63,894 bases of DNA from an uncultured Gammaproteobacteria bacterium. Its GTDB lineage: Bacteria; Patescibacteriota; Patescibacteriia; UBA1558; 2-01-FULL-52-15. A program made the position numbers and the translations under genes. Numbering within the stretch: position 1 is the stretch's first letter; each line of letters opens with the position of its first letter. Where the stretch lies: contig CAZFBK010000004.1 in assembly GCA_964517065.1 (NCBI GenBank), forward strand, positions 1-63,894, read 5' to 3'. The notes beneath the pieces are model-generated. The model did no database searches and was not told the origin of the DNA. It saw nothing but the letters and a program-made list of their open reading frames with translations. Positions 62,627 to 63,894 of the stretch are shown piece by piece.

Positions 62627-63724
62627 ATGGCACCACAAATACAGCATTTTATCCGTCCTACCAGCGAACGACCACCGTCCTTGGTCAGTGTTACTATTGT
62701 CAGCGCTTTGGTTGGTCTAGCCACAGGAGCTGCTGGTTTTAGTCTGTTGAAAGCCTGGTATCCCTCTGATAGTGCTTTTAACGGCTCTATAATCGGTAGT
62801 AACACCGTCACGATCAAGACAGAGCAAAGTTTAGCCACAGCTGTGCTAGCGCTGAAAGACACTGTCTTCGGAGTGTTCCAAGGTAACGCAACCGATGGCG
62901 GACAGTTATCACAATGGCATACCGATAAAGATTACCTAGGCTCAGCGGTACCGGTTACCTCAGATGGCTGGCTCATGCTTCCTACTGGTGTTCCGATCGC
63001 TCTTCCGCTTGAGGTTGTTATTAACCAAAAGGCATACGCAGTGACAGATCATTACACTGATAGTTTGACAGGGTTAGTATTTATCAAAATTTCCGCTTCA
63101 AATCTCCACCCTATCCAGTTTGCTCGAGCAGAGCAGTTGTTGGCTGGCTCTACCTTAGTGTATCAGCAGGTAAGTGTCGCTGGTTTGCCGGTGTTTAATC
63201 GTGCCCTCCTGACGAATATCAATCAGATTGATACCAGCAGTAAGAATAGCCAGATTCATACCACAGAGAGTTTGGATAGTTGGGCGACCTTAGATACTGC
63301 CAGTGTGCGTTCGGATATCATGTTTACACCGGATGGCTCATTAGCTGGTGTGGGTTATGGCAGTGGTCGTTTGCTGAAAGTACGCTTTGTCCAAAACGCC
63401 GTGGATAAGCTACTGACTCGTTCCCCCTACGTAACGTTTGGCTTTAGCTATGTTGATCTGTATCGACTACCCCAATCTCAGACGGCGGATAAACCTTCTG
63501 TCGGTGCTCTCGTCTATGCTAACGGCCGCTCAGCAGTCAGCGCTGGCTCACCAGCTCAGAAGGCCGGTCTGCGTTCAGGAGATATTATTCTTTCTATTGG
63601 CGGAGAGACAGTCGGTTATAATGCTAGCGTTATGGAGTTACTAACGAGCAAAAAAGCGGGAGAAACGGTTACGGTGAAAATCATGCGTCAGGATAAGGAG
63701 CAAGAATTACTATTCCAGCTCTAG
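62627..63724 (+). CDS. Membrane-anchored PDZ-domain protein (HtrA-like, catalytic triad not evident)
   Basis: I prefer the ATG at 62627, 2 nt after the upstream stop, over the track start at 62501. It has a C-terminal PDZ domain (GSPAQKAGLRSGDIILSIGGETV). No GNSGGP-type serine motif was found. Confidence 0.6.
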   Translation: MAPQIQHFIRPTSERPPSLVSVTIVSALVGLATGAAGFSLLKAWYPSDSAFNGSIIGSNTVTIKTEQSLATAVLALKDTVFGVFQGNATDGGQLSQWHTDKDYLGSAVPVTSDGWLMLPTGVPIALPLEVVINQKAYAVTDHYTDSLTGLVFIKISASNLHPIQFARAEQLLAGSTLVYQQVSVAGLPVFNRALLTNINQIDTSSKNSQIHTTESLDSWATLDTASVRSDIMFTPDGSLAGVGYGSGRLLKVRFVQNAVDKLLTRSPYVTFGFSYVDLYRLPQSQTADKPSVGALVYANGRSAVSAGSPAQKAGLRSGDIILSIGGETVGYNASVMELLTSKKAGETVTVKIMRQDKEQELLFQL

Positions 63725-63757
63725 TGTTGGTTCTGCTGGTTCAGGTTCATTAATAAG

Positions 63758-63779
63758 ATCTCCCGCTGGGAGGTTTTTT
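63758..63779. terminator. Terminator hairpin
   Basis: ATCTCCC-GCT-GGGAGGT followed by T6. It lies between the PDZ gene and a converging partial ORF. Confidence 0.6.
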
Positions 63780-63780
63780 G

Positions 63781-63894
63781 TTAGTTCGGGAGGAACAACG
63801 GGGCTGTATTTTGTATTGGTGATATTCCAGCTAGTGACAAACTGACCAATACCTCCTTTGGTGAGCTGATTACGCCTTCTGGTACTTCGTTGGC
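63781..63894 (-). CDS. 3' end of a minus-strand gene that continues beyond the window
   Basis: An open frame runs from the window edge to a TAA (complement of 63781-63783), encoding ...ANEVPEGVISSPKEVLVSLSLAGISPIQNTAPLFLPN. Function unknown. Confidence 0.3.
   Translation of the reverse strand, partial: ANEVPEGVISSPKEVLVSLSLAGISPIQNTAPLFLPN

Overview
This is a 63.9 kb window coded almost entirely on the + strand. By eye it is moderately AT-rich, the genes are small, and most native genes lack a Shine-Dalgarno sequence. The gene content includes partial glycolysis (gap, pgk, eno, two gpmI), a minimal dcw block (mraZ-rsmH-ftsL-ftsI-murF), rplJ-rplL, cysS, mutM, uppP, uppS, mltG and msrB. It also includes a GT39 glycosyltransferase, DUF559- and DUF2079-like proteins and many tiny membrane ORFs. 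I infer from this that the source resembles a Patescibacteria/CPR-type reduced genome. Several accessory segments sit between the housekeeping genes. (1) At 3.6-12.2 kb there are two tightly packed operons. The first encodes a QueC-like PP-loop ATPase, an aminotransferase, a short thymidylate-synthase-like enzyme, a Ham1-methyltransferase-Ham1 fusion and a P-loop kinase. The second encodes three 7TM paralogues, an asparaginase-like protein and a nucleoside-deoxyribosyltransferase-like/RHH fusion. Both operons are preceded by AGCCGTC box arrays, and together they suggest a modified-pyrimidine pathway. (2) At 12.3-19.2 kb lie an esterase, an acyl-CoA ligase, a GNAT-like protein, a pyruvoyl HdcA-like decarboxylase and a 7TM-GAF histidine kinase. 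(3) A 39-codon glycine-rich micro-ORF is followed by an M16 peptidase, and the pair is bracketed by hairpins that share a TCTCGCGAGA loop. (4) A 2237-aa fused TcB/TcC-like RHS toxin has an unassigned C-terminal domain and a candidate immunity gene. (5) An approximately 1.1 kb GC-rich transcription unit on the minus strand (42.2-43.3 kb) has a near-consensus promoter, a clean terminator and no credible ORF. I rank this candidate large structured RNA as the most novel item. (6) A single-gene cassette insertion duplicates the 3' end of its neighbour, and a GC-rich, SD-using three-gene islet lies at 50.6-52.2 kb. All calls rest on reading the sequence and ORF translations by eye. No searches or computations were run.
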